NCBI GenBank assembly: GCA_000442015.1
Contig: KE561209.1
Coordinates: 366,390 to 386,389 of the forward strand
Length of the DNA: 20,000 nucleotides
Direction of reading: 5' to 3'
From: Rozella allomycis CSF55
Lineage: Eukaryota
The translations under genes were made by a program, and so were the position numbers. Of this stretch, positions 1-10,485 are shown in pieces; position 1 is the stretch's first letter; each line of letters begins with the position of its first letter. Below the pieces are notes generated by a model that had not been told where the DNA came from, searched no databases, and worked only from the letters and a program-made list of their open reading frames with translations.

Positions 1-837
1 AAAGTGTCCTTTACATAGTCTTCTTTGATGTTTGATTGTTGAAATAGCGGAAACAGAGAGCGAAAAGATTTAAAAATTTCATCTCCCAGATACGCCGGCG
101 GTACATAATGCGATTAAAGAGTTGGTAAACTTGTTGAATTTTAAAATTTTTTTTATANAGTTTTGTCACTTTTCACAATATATAACAATAACTTGAATTT
201 TATTCCCACGTATTCTTGTACTACTCTTTTTTGTATGACTCTATTCCAAGGCGTAACGTTGCTAACCTTTCAGATTGAAAATCACCTTCATTTCCTTTCT
301 ACACAGAATTATTGTTAGTCCGTGAAACCCCAATAGGCATAGCATCGAACATAAATATGTACAAAATAAAAATATAATATATACTACCTTGAAATCTCCA
401 AAGCGGTGTTGAAAAAAGGCGATGAAAGTAGATTATTTCAACTCTAACGACAATTTCAGTATTTTTTTTTTATATTTTAAATATATACAGTTATTTGAAT
501 AATCGTTTTTANTTGATCAATAAAAGGTTGAAATATTAAGAAGAATTCTTTTTTCTGATTTAATGGTGGAAAAATAACTCGAAAAAGGCTGTCGCACCGA
601 CACAATCTCAGATTGGAAAAGATGAGTCGTATAAAGAATGTTAATAATCAATAATAAATAAATTAGTTTATCTAAATAATTAATTTTTTATTGGTCGATT
701 CCAATTCCAAACTCCCTATCCCACGGAACATATGATTCCATAATATCTCATCAACAACTCAAACTGTAAGGATACCCTTACATAAGCATGTAACTCTTAG
801 ATTTATTTCTTACACTTTAACAAGACTAACTATTAAC

Positions 838-2355
838 ATGGATTTACAAGATTACTTTGTTGCACAGACCCAAGCATTGAATCAAATATCAGAAAAGCTT
901 TTGGCAGTGAGTGCTGGAAGATCGGGAATGCCTAAAATTAGTGAGCCAGAATATTTCTACGGAAATCCAAAGAAACTTGCCGCTTTCCTGAGACAATTAG
1001 AGTTTGTGTTTGAATTGAATGAACAAATGTATAACACTGATAACAAGAAGATTATTTATGCAGCTTCATATTGTCGAGGACCTGTGAGCAATTGGTTAGA
1101 GTCATATTGGCTCATTGATGAAACATTAAGAACATACGAAGATTTTGTATTACAATTAAAGAGACAAATTGGATTAAGAGAAAATAAAGTAGCTATTCAG
1201 CAAGAGATAATGAAAATGAAGCAAGGGAGCAAGTCTGTGAGTGCCTTAATCGCTGAGTTTCAACGACTTGCACCTCTTTCAGGTTTTAATGATGAAGCCA
1301 TTCAAGCATTTGTATTTAAGTCCCTTAACCGAGATATTCAGCAAACTCTTGAGTACCACAATGAACCCAGAAATCTCCAAGAATTTTATAATTTACTTTT
1401 ATTGATTGAGGAAAGAAAATTGATAAATAAAATGTATTCTTTTCAAAAAACAACGAAACTGAATGATGAGTATCAGAATAATCTTGAACCAACTGAAACA
1501 TCAACATCAGAACCAATGATAATTGACGGAACATTCAACAAATTCTCTAAATTAACAGTGGAGGGTCGTGAAAAATGTAAGAGAGAAGGGCGTTGTTTTC
1601 GCTGCGGAGCGAAAGGACACTTAGCAAAAAATTGTACGACTAATTCTAATAGTTCTATAAAGAACAATTTATCTACGTACCATCTTGTTTTTCCTATTTC
1701 TTTTATGAATGATATTTGCACTCATGTTCTCATTGATTCGGGCGCCTCAACTTCGTTTATTGATAAAGATTTCGCTCAACACTACAGTATTCCGTCATCC
1801 ATTAGGTCGCATAGTGAAGAAATTGAAACCATTGATGGACAACGGTTGAAAATTGATCGACAATGTGAACATTTAACATTTGTTATAAATGAACAAGCAT
1901 ATCAGCATACTTTTAAATTAATTGGAAGTCCACACTTCAATATTATTTTAGGTATGGATTGGTTAGTTAAAACCAATCCCAATATTGATTGGAAACATCG
2001 AACCATGAATATAAATCTGGAAACTAATTGTAGAAATATTTCATGTAATAAGCCTAATGATTCTATATTATCCAATTCAAAAACATCAAATACTTATCAA
2101 ATGCATAAAGCAAAGAAATTAATTCATTCTATTAACTCCATCTTAAAAACGGATATTGATATTCATTCAAATCTCCCAGAAATTTATCATGAATATCTTG
2201 ATGTATTTAGTGAAGAAAATGCGTCCCAATCACCAGAGCATTCAGAATTTGATATTACAATTGAATTATTGAAAGACACTAAACCACCGTTTGGTCCAAT
2301 ATACAATTTATCACAAGACAAATCAATCAAGAGCCTTAAAGATATATTTAGATGA
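838..2355 (+). CDS. Retrotransposon Gag (capsid + CCHC zinc knuckle) fused in frame to aspartic protease; ends after a frameshift at the start of RT
   Basis: 505-aa open ORF with PEYFYGNPKKLAAFL capsid-like start, CX2CX4HX4C, DSGA protease motif, IILGMDWL and PPFGPIYNLS (RT N-terminus). Confidence 0.88.
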   Translation: MDLQDYFVAQTQALNQISEKLLAVSAGRSGMPKISEPEYFYGNPKKLAAFLRQLEFVFELNEQMYNTDNKKIIYAASYCRGPVSNWLESYWLIDETLRTYEDFVLQLKRQIGLRENKVAIQQEIMKMKQGSKSVSALIAEFQRLAPLSGFNDEAIQAFVFKSLNRDIQQTLEYHNEPRNLQEFYNLLLLIEERKLINKMYSFQKTTKLNDEYQNNLEPTETSTSEPMIIDGTFNKFSKLTVEGREKCKREGRCFRCGAKGHLAKNCTTNSNSSIKNNLSTYHLVFPISFMNDICTHVLIDSGASTSFIDKDFAQHYSIPSSIRSHSEEIETIDGQRLKIDRQCEHLTFVINEQAYQHTFKLIGSPHFNIILGMDWLVKTNPNIDWKHRTMNINLETNCRNISCNKPNDSILSNSKTSNTYQMHKAKKLIHSINSILKTDIDIHSNLPEIYHEYLDVFSEENASQSPEHSEFDITIELLKDTKPPFGPIYNLSQDKSIKSLKDIFR

Positions 2356-3297
2356 AAATCTTAAAAAGAAATTTATTGTTGCGAGTAAATCTCCTGCAGC
2401 TTCACCAATTATGTTTGTAAAATAGAAAGATAAATCTTTGAGACTTGTTGTAGATTACAGAAAATTGAATAATATAACCGTGAAAAATAGATATCCAATA
2501 CCACTTATTCAAAATTTAATAGATAACTTAAAAGGCTCAAAAATACTTACAAAATTGGATTTAAGAGGTGCTTGTAATTTAATAAGAGTTAAAAAATCAG
2601 ATCAATGGAAAACAGCATTTCGTACAAAGTATGGTCAATTTCAATACCAAGTAATGCCATTCGGATTATGTAACGCACCGTCCATTTTTCAAAATATGAT
2701 GAATAGTATTTTTCATGATTTATTAGATCAGTTTGTTGTTATTTATTTGGATGATATTTTGATATTTTCTAAAAATCTAGAAGAACATTCTCAACATGTT
2801 AAAATAGTTTTGCAAAAATTGAGAGAACATAATCTTTTTGCAAAACTGGGAAAGTGGTTTTTCCATGTCACAGAGGTTGATTTGTTAGGTTTTGATATTA
2901 ATACTAATGGTATTTCGATGCATAAGAATAAAGTTCAGTCAATTGAAAAATGGGAAGAACCAAAAAATATTAAACAGTTGCAAAGATTTTTGGGAGTCAC
3001 AAATTATAACAGAAAATTTATTTCTAATTACCCTAAAATTGCTGTACCATTGACCAATTTATTGAAGAAAAATATTGGAAAATGTAATTGGACAAATGAG
3101 TGTAAAAATGCATTTAAATTATTAAAATCAAAATTTATTAAAATGCCAATTTTGCAATTTCCAGATATGACTAAACCATTCATTGTTCAAACGAATGCTT
3201 CGGATTTTGCTCTGGGTGGCGTATTATTACAAACTGATTCTGAAAACATTCTACATCCAGTTGCTTAGCATTCCCGGAAATTCTCGTCTGCAGAGCT
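2322..3297 (+). pseudogene. Disabled pol (reverse transcriptase + partial RNase H)
   Basis: ATCA tandem duplication at 2322-2329 shifts frame; removing it restores QDKSRALKIYLDENLKKKF. In-frame TAG at 2423-2425 (FVK*KD) and 3266-3268 (HPVA*HSRKF). RNase H TDASD reads TNASD (AAT 3194-3196). Confidence 0.85.
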
Positions 3298-3307
3298 NNN
3301 NNNNNNN
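3298..3307. other. Assembly gap (10 N)
   Basis: Run of N; retroelement homology does not resume afterwards. Confidence 0.98.
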
Positions 3308-4366
3308 TAAAAATTTGAATAACTTTCTAAAATCTTTATACAAATATTTCCTGAGAAATTCAGTACTGTCCATTTATTATACCAAGTGTGGTGAAGGACT
3401 ATATTTGAATATGAATATTTTGTTGTTTTTAAATCCATATAAAATGAAGCAAGCGATAATAATTGGAGTATTGCATGTTACCGCAGGCGCAATCATGCAA
3501 AGAATTTGTAGATTAAAGTAAAAAGGATTCAATTTTCATTGAAATATTCAACGATACCATGTTTCGTATCTTATCTGCACAAACCTTTTATCTCGCGTAT
3601 ATTTTTTCGTAATAAGATATTCGAGCTGTGTATTAATACCTCATTGGTAAATGCGACATTGCTTTCCCGTCACTGAAAACAACTTCCAATATTGTCTCTT
3701 TTTTTATAATTTATTTACTGAGACATGGGAAACATGCCGAGTAAATATCTTTTTGACATTATATTTAAACGAGTATTTGCTCAGCCTGTTTCCCGTGTCT
3801 AAATAGCTCATTGAGGGGAGATTTTCTTTTTTTACCCAACTATCAACAAACAATTCTTTGATCATATGAAGGATTTAGTTATTCAGATGACATATCCGCG
3901 GAATGAAAAAGAAAATGGGACAAGCAAGAGAAATTATAATTAGGTGACCGAGAAAGAAATTTCTGATATTCCAGATCTCTTAGTGTTATAAGCACTCATA
4001 GTCCGCAACGGCATGGTTAGGTTCCTTGTTCAATGGGTATGGATTCCACTGGAACTTTAATAGAAAATGTTGAGTTTGCAGATGATACCCTGGTTAATAT
4101 CACTTGAATATAGTAATGCGCAGCCAAGTATCATGCGGAATGATAACTCGCTTATTATATTTTGGGTATTATTTTTCGCAGGGATATAATGTCCTTTCTA
4201 ATAACTGGAGGCATTTCCATAATTTGTAAAGAATGGAATAAAGAAATGCAGAATCACCTCAAAGTGAATCCTTTCCTTCTTTAATGTATGAAAGTGAAGA
4301 CCACAGGTTTGGATTACCTCCCTTAAAAAAGCAATTTTATTTTTAGGATTCATTATGTGCACAACT

Positions 4367-5085
4367 TCACCATTCACTATAGACAGCTTGATCGCACTGT
4401 GAGCCCTGTTTTCTTGTCGCGCCATAAAATATTTTTATCAAATATATATTGTTGAATGAAGTATTAATCCATGGCGTGTGATGCATAAGAGAACATTGAT
4501 CTTGTGAAATAACTATGTGCTTTAAATTAAATTGGTTTAATAGAGCAGCAATATTCCAAAAACAACTACGATTAGTCAACAGTGATTGATATACTCTCTG
4601 TCTTGTATTGTGACTAGAGCATAGCATTGATCATTTTGTGACAAAGCAGAATAAAGGGTATAGATAAATTTATCAAAAAACCAGGGATTGTAAAGTGTAT
4701 CGGAAGCAAATATAAATGATACTTTCTCTTGAATTTGTTCTGCCCAAACGATTGGTTTGATTTTATACTTCAAAATTGAGTTGTGGCGACACGAGGTTTC
4801 AATATTATCAAACCAAGATTTTTCTGGCAAGTCTGTTAATGTAACATTGGCACCGCATATTTTTTCTGCGACCATTGACACTAAACCTGTTCCAGAGCCC
4901 AACTAATCAATTTTTGTTTCATTATTTACTTCCAAAGTCTTAAACCCGGTAAGATCTAAATTTTTTGCGATATAGTTTGCGAGAATAATAGCGCAGGGCC
5001 ATGTGTAACTAGAGTAGTTTTCTGAAGAGCTTTCTAAAACAAAAAATGGCTTGTCCTGTATGACAATCTTTTTAAGATTTTTCAT
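4367..5085 (-). CDS. METTL23-like class I protein methyltransferase (Methyltransf_16 family), 3 exons
   Basis: YTWPCAIILA, LELGSGTGL after splicing, LTDL, ASDTLY. Introns 4903-4929 (27 nt) and 4566-4594 (29 nt), both GT-AG, give TIQDRDCFWNIAALL. The 3' end is less certain. Confidence 0.82.
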
Positions 5086-5624
5086 AAAGCCTAAAGGTGA
5101 AATGAGAATATAAAGCTAGCTCCTGGTTCTAAAAAATTAATGAGAAAAAGACAAAAGTATGTATTCTACTACCCTTCTTCGTTGAAGTCTTGATTAAATT
5201 ATTATCTTTTCTTATCGATTATTACGAGGAGACCATTAGCCTCTAAGCTCAAAAAGATTTAATTAAGATTTCCAATCAGCGATCAGCGATGTTTAATTTT
5301 AATTTTTAGATATCATTGTTGCACTCTAAATACTACAAGTGTGATTTTTTTCGATTTTCGCTCGTTAGAGAAATGACTGGTGACTACTAAATCGCAATTG
5401 TAAATAAATTAATTGACCGTTCATTACTATTACGGAATTCCTTTACAGTTTCGGCACCATGACCATCATTGAAAATTGACCACTTCTGAACTCTGACAAG
5501 ACTTGAAGTGGTGTATTTCCAAAATATTTCCTACTATGGCATTCTAAAGGCTTAAAATTATTAATTAACCATTTCATTATTGTGAGGCATCTTTCTAGTT
5601 TCTGGATCTCTGCGCCACATTGCC

Positions 5625-8153
5625 ATGATTCCTAATTATGCTGAACAAGAGTTGTGTGAACATATTAGAAAAGCACTTAATAATGAAGAAACAGCACCCA
5701 AGCAGAAACATGTGAGGGCCATAATAGTTTTCGCCTTTGATTACGGAACAAGTGGACCGTTTTGGAATATGTTAGGATTGTTACCTATATTTTCTGATGA
5801 AATAGTCTGCTTTAAAAGTCTTATAACTATTCATAAACTTGTCAGTTCCGGACCGCCGATCGTAAGGTTATTAAAAAGTTATAAAAGTGTATCAAGGATG
5901 CCATAAAGAACATTTCGATATTAGATAACTGTGATCGATATGCGTCTGAAGGATATATGGGCTATTCTGTTCTAATAAAGCTGCATGTTAAGTTTTTGAA
6001 AAAGAAATTAGAACTCCATAAAATCCATCCAGAGTTTACTGGATCGTTTGACTTTAAGGAATACATTGCCTTAAAAAGAGTTGATGATCCAAATGATGGG
6101 TAATTTATTTATTCCAACTTTTCAGTTATTTAACCATTAGTGAATTGATGGATTTGCAAGATTCCATTGAACAATTTCAGCACACAGTTTTCTCAAGTTT
6201 TAGGCCATCATCTAATAACGAATGTAGAATTTCATCTTTGGTTCCATTGATCGAAGAATCCTTTGGTATTTACCAATTCGTCACATCCTTGCTCAAGGCT
6301 ATGTTTAATAGTAATCAGTTGTAACAAGGAATATAGTTTTAAGCGACGATTGCGATGTTTTGTTGCCTTTAGTTGATAAATATAAAATTCAATTTACTGC
6401 TTTGAGAAAGTTTTACGACGAGTGTCGTAACATTCGCTTTCTGTCTACCCTTGTCAATATACCCCAGCTTCCTCAAGTAAATTCACGAATAAAATCTGTT
6501 AGAATCCTCCAGACTTTTCTAAATGTTCATCTCAGGCAATATCGAGAAGCGGTTCACAAAATTTGGTTGTTGCCCGGGAACCAGAAACAACCTTGGTTGA
6601 GACAACAGTAACTTATAATCATTTTCAGGAGCAACAAAACCAAGAGATGTCACAGCAAATTCAAACTTTGCTTCTGCAAAATGAGATGGGAAAGCAAGCA
6701 CTGCAGCAGTATCAACAACATCTCAATGACATGCAATTTCAAATACAGCGATATAATTCAATTTTAGTTGAAAAAGAATCTTCCTACATGCAATCTTTAA
6801 ATGCGGCAAATGAAGAAACATCAATGTGGAGAAATAAATTCGAAGGCATGTCTAAAATCTACCAGGGTTTAAGGGGCGAGCATTTAGAACTTTTACAGAA
6901 GTACACGAAATTATCACAATCAAGTGATAAAAAGGGTGAAATGAATCAAAAGGTTGAAGCTTTAAAAGCCGAATTAGAAAAGAAAAGTGTGGAATTGATT
7001 GACAAACAAGGGGCACTTGAAAGGCTTAGAAATGATCTTCAAGAAGAAAAGTCCCGCAACTCCAACTTTGTGATTAACACAAAGTCACATTTAGAACAAC
7101 TGGTGGCTTCATTGCAAAATAAGAATGAAAGTTTGTCGAATGAAATCGCATTAAAGGATATTGAAATAAAAAATCTTAAGAGTGATTTATTAATGATGAA
7201 TGAGAAGCTTGAAGTAAAAATTTCACATACTTTTAATTTAGGCGATGAAGCAAAACGCTGATAATGAAATCGCTTCCTTGAAAAATGTAATCAATTTTCT
7301 TTGTATTCACAAGGCGTTACAATTAGAAACTTTACAGACAAAGGAACTTCAAAATCGAGAAATGGTGCTAATGAACGAAATAGTTGATCTTAAAAGTAAA
7401 AATAATCAATAAATATTAAAAGATAAATTAGGCGATGAAAATAAATCAAAAGACCTGGATGCTGAAATGAAGGAAGCTTTTCTTATAGTTCAGAATGCAA
7501 TTGACAGGCTTGGAAGTCTAAAATCAGATGCCGGTTTTTTAATAAAGTTGGATAAAAATATCCATGAAAAAATCATTGAAACGACAATGAATTTAATGGA
7601 TTCTATTGCAAAATTAATATATGCAGCCACTTTAACCCAAAAGGAAATTGTAAGCCAGGGTAAAGACACCGCCAACCCCGATCAATTCTATAAAAAGAAT
7701 AGTCGATGGACTGATGGACTTATTTCCGCTGCCAAATCCGTGGCCCTTACCTGTAAATTTCTTGTAGAAGCCGCTGATGGCGTGCTGAATGGTACAAACG
7801 TTTTTGAAGAACTAGTGGTGGCTTCCCATGAAGTTACTGCCAGTACTAGTCAACTACTCTCTGCTTCTAGAGTCAAAGCTTATCCTAATAGTCAAGCATT
7901 GAAGCAATTAGAACAGGCTGCTAAACAAGTTTCTGAAGCAAACAAACTTCTTGTACAATCTGTAGATAACGTCAATGAAGAAGGTGATGTAACTAATGCC
8001 ATGAAATCTTTAAGCATGAAACAGTACAAAGTATTGGAAATGAAGCAACAGGTAGAAATCATGACTTTGGAAAAACACTTATCGGTTGCAAGAAAAAAAT
8101 TGACGGATATGAGAAAACTTTCTTATCACACCTCGGATGAAACCATTGAATAA
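5625..8153 (+). CDS. SLA2: Sla2/End4/HIP1 endocytic adaptor (ANTH + coiled coil + I/LWEQ talin-like), about 780 aa
   Basis: ETAPKQKHVR, DPNDGYLTISELMDLQD, FYKKNSRWTDGLISAAKSVA, ASRVKA, EMKQQVEIMTLEK. Introns 5862-5887, 6100-6125, 6311-6336, 6477-6502 (26 nt each), 7214-7241 (28), 7287-7313 (27, stop-free, uncertain) and 7396-7422 (27) give one continuous frame. Confidence 0.95.
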
Positions 8154-8347
8154 ATAATTTCTATTTCTACGCAATATAGTCGAGTTATCTCTTTTATTTC
8201 TTTTTTGTGATACCTACATGATGTAAACATGTCGACGGTGGCGCCAGTGCCATACAAGTGAATTTTAGATCATATTTTGCTCTAGTAAAATTTGAGACAA
8301 CATGAATTTGAAAAAATAATTCTTTTACAATTTATTAGAATCCAAAA

Positions 8348-9425
8348 CTATTTTCCCTTTGCGCTTTGCAGCATTTTGTCGACATGTGAATATTCAATAT
8401 TATATTTCTTAATGGCAGCCTATGAAATTAAAGGGCAGAAACTTACTTTCCAAATGTCGAAAGTGAAGCCAAAAACAAACTGTCTGTTATTTTGTTCCTC
8501 CAATTCTTCTAAATTCTGTTCATTGATGTAAACCATTAGTTCTTTGTTTTCTTCCTTTAAAGTCACTCTTTTCTCTTTCACCAGGAATGAAAAAAAGAAT
8601 AAAAGTTCAACTGATCTCCCAAACGAATTGGGATCGATCAAAAACTTGAAAAAATTTATTGGATTCTCTTGCTCCAGACATCTAAACAGAGAGAAAACCA
8701 TTTTGGTCGTTTCTGTTGTACTATTTACTAGGACGTCTTCCCTTGATAACTCTCTGGGTCTTTCAACTTCTGCTTTTAACTCGTTATTATTTCTTTTTCT
8801 TTCAATCTTCCTTTTTTCCTTTTTCTCTATTTCAAATGACCCAAGCCTGTTTATTATGAATCTAAATGTTACAATGAATTAAAGGTAAAAACACCACAAG
8901 TGGCATTGAGAGCCATTGCACCAACTGCCCTCCAATCGATTCTACCATGCGGTCGTAATTCTGGCTGTCGTGAAAATAAGTTTTTAACTTGATCTCTAAA
9001 GGTACCTAAATCTAACGGATGACGACCAAGTTGTAACTTTGACACTTTTTCAGCACTCAAATCGGCAGATATCATAAGCAACCTCGCATCTAATACTGCT
9101 TCGGATGTTCCGCGGACTATTTTTAATAAATGATTGAAATACTGTGCTGGGATAATTGGTTTGCCCGCTCAACAACTTCACTTAGTAGCTATTATCAAAT
9201 ATGCAACACTTTTACATTCGAATCAGCCTTCAATGCCTCGGCTTTATTTTCTTCTAGAATTTTTGCCATGTTTCGGTACTGGTTTCTTACAAATCTCTTT
9301 ACACCTATGGACTGATTAGGATCGTACAACTGAGTTTCCTGTATTTTTTGTTTTTTGGTTTGGCTATTTAAGATGTTATTTCGTTCTCTTTCCGAATAGT
9401 TTTCCTCTTCTTCCATCTGTTGCAT
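8348..9425 (-). CDS. NSE4: Nse4/EID3 kleisin subunit of the Smc5/6 complex
   Basis: TSEAVLDARLL, ETTKMV, FLIDPNSFGRSVELLFFFSFLVK, WKAAIKKYNI. Introns 9189-9215 (27), 9117-9142 (26), 8847-8872 (26), 8420-8446 (27). Confidence 0.88.
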
Positions 9426-9540
9426 TTTTACAAGAAAAAGAAAATGTGAAATATCTATTTTAACGTTTACATCCGAAAACCTGTAAAGAGGGATAAAATA
9501 GATGCAAAAATATAAAAAATGAAATGTTCAAATGTATCAT

Positions 9541-9929
9541 TTATTGTTGAATGGTAACCTCAACATCAACTCCAGTTTCAATTTTGAATGATGTGATTTG
9601 TCTGACAATTTCAGTTGGGCTTTCCAAATCAATAACACGCTTGTGAATGCGCATTTCATAACGGTCCCAAGTCTTGGATCCTTCACCATTTGGTGTTTTT
9701 CTTGTAGTAATACGTAGAGTTTTAGTTGGCATGCGAACTGGTCCTTTGACTGGAAGTTCTTTTTCTTTTGCACGTTGAATTAACTCGGAGCAAACTAAAT
9801 TTACAAAAAAAATCACAAAATACCTTTCTCAACTTTGCTTACATCACGAGAAGTAAGGGTGACACGAATACGATGGATTTTTAATGGAGCAGATTCTTCT
9901 TGTCCAGCTTTAGCAACTTTGGAAGCCAT
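9541..9929 (-). CDS. RPS20: 40S ribosomal protein S20 (uS10), 119 aa
   Basis: [51 protein letters not shown]. One 29-nt GT-AG intron at 9795-9823. Confidence 0.98.
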
Positions 9930-10485
9930 TTTTCAAAAGGGTTTCTAGAGGGGCTTGGTTTTTTTTCAAATGCTTGAAAATTCCGAAAATTCGAAAACAG
10001 CGTCTGAGTAAGAAAAGAAAAAAATGTTGTATTTTATAAACCTCACGATTTTTAGTGCTTTTAGAAAACTTTCGGACAAACTTTGAACTAGATAATTTTA
10101 TGATGGCACATTAATTTACAACCATTTGATGGTTCACTTAATATTTCTAATCATGATTTGGCTAATATTATGTCAAATTGAAGCCCGAGACCGCAAAACA
10201 AATTTTCTTTGATATCGCGCTGAGTGAATATTCATAAATCGAGCTTTAGCAAATGGCCATACAAATAAGTCACCAAAATAAAACATAAATAACAATGTTA
10301 TTCTCTCTATTTAGTATTTATCAATGTCAGTATAAACTCTTTCAACAATGGCCCTCATTTTTGTTTAGAAAAGAAAAGTAATACGTGACTCCGTAAGATT
10401 GACTTTGTAATAAAATAATATTTATGTTCGACATCATTAATTTTACTTTATAGACGCCTCCAATAAACGAAATTTGCACCCCTGC

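Larger units (their letters stand above)
765..3297 (+). mobile_element. Degenerate Ty3/Gypsy LTR retrotransposon (gag-PR-RT-RNase H), cut off at an assembly gap; integrase and 3' LTR not visible
   Basis: Gag with CCHC knuckle CFRCGAKGHLAKNC, protease LIDSGAS, RT motifs LVVDYRKLN / MPFGLCNAP / YLDD and start of RNase H, in Gypsy order. The 5' boundary is tentatively placed at the TGTAAGG..CCTTACA hairpin. Confidence 0.92.

Noticed and set aside
1-420. Possible minus-strand coding fragment (..VPPAYLGDEIFKSFRSLFP..) at the window edge
   Set aside because: Short, contains an N, no family recognised and no consistent exon chain.
2311-2355. Programmed ribosomal frameshift between ORF1 and ORF2
   Set aside because: The shift lies inside the RT N-terminus rather than at the gag/pol boundary and is fully explained by an ATCA duplication.
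2423-3268. In-frame TAGs in pol as evidence of stop-codon reassignment or programmed readthrough
   Set aside because: They fall at expected Lys and Tyr positions (different residues), accompany other lesions, and host genes use TAA/TAG as ordinary stops.
4198-4425. 75-aa minus-strand ORF overlapping the METTL23-like 3' end
   Set aside because: No recognisable motif and no convincing spliced continuation.
9976-9997. GAAAATTCCGAAAATTCGAAAA tandem motif upstream of RPS20, with similar TTCGGAAAA near 19526
   Set aside because: Could be a promoter element, but too short and AT-rich to support from one window.
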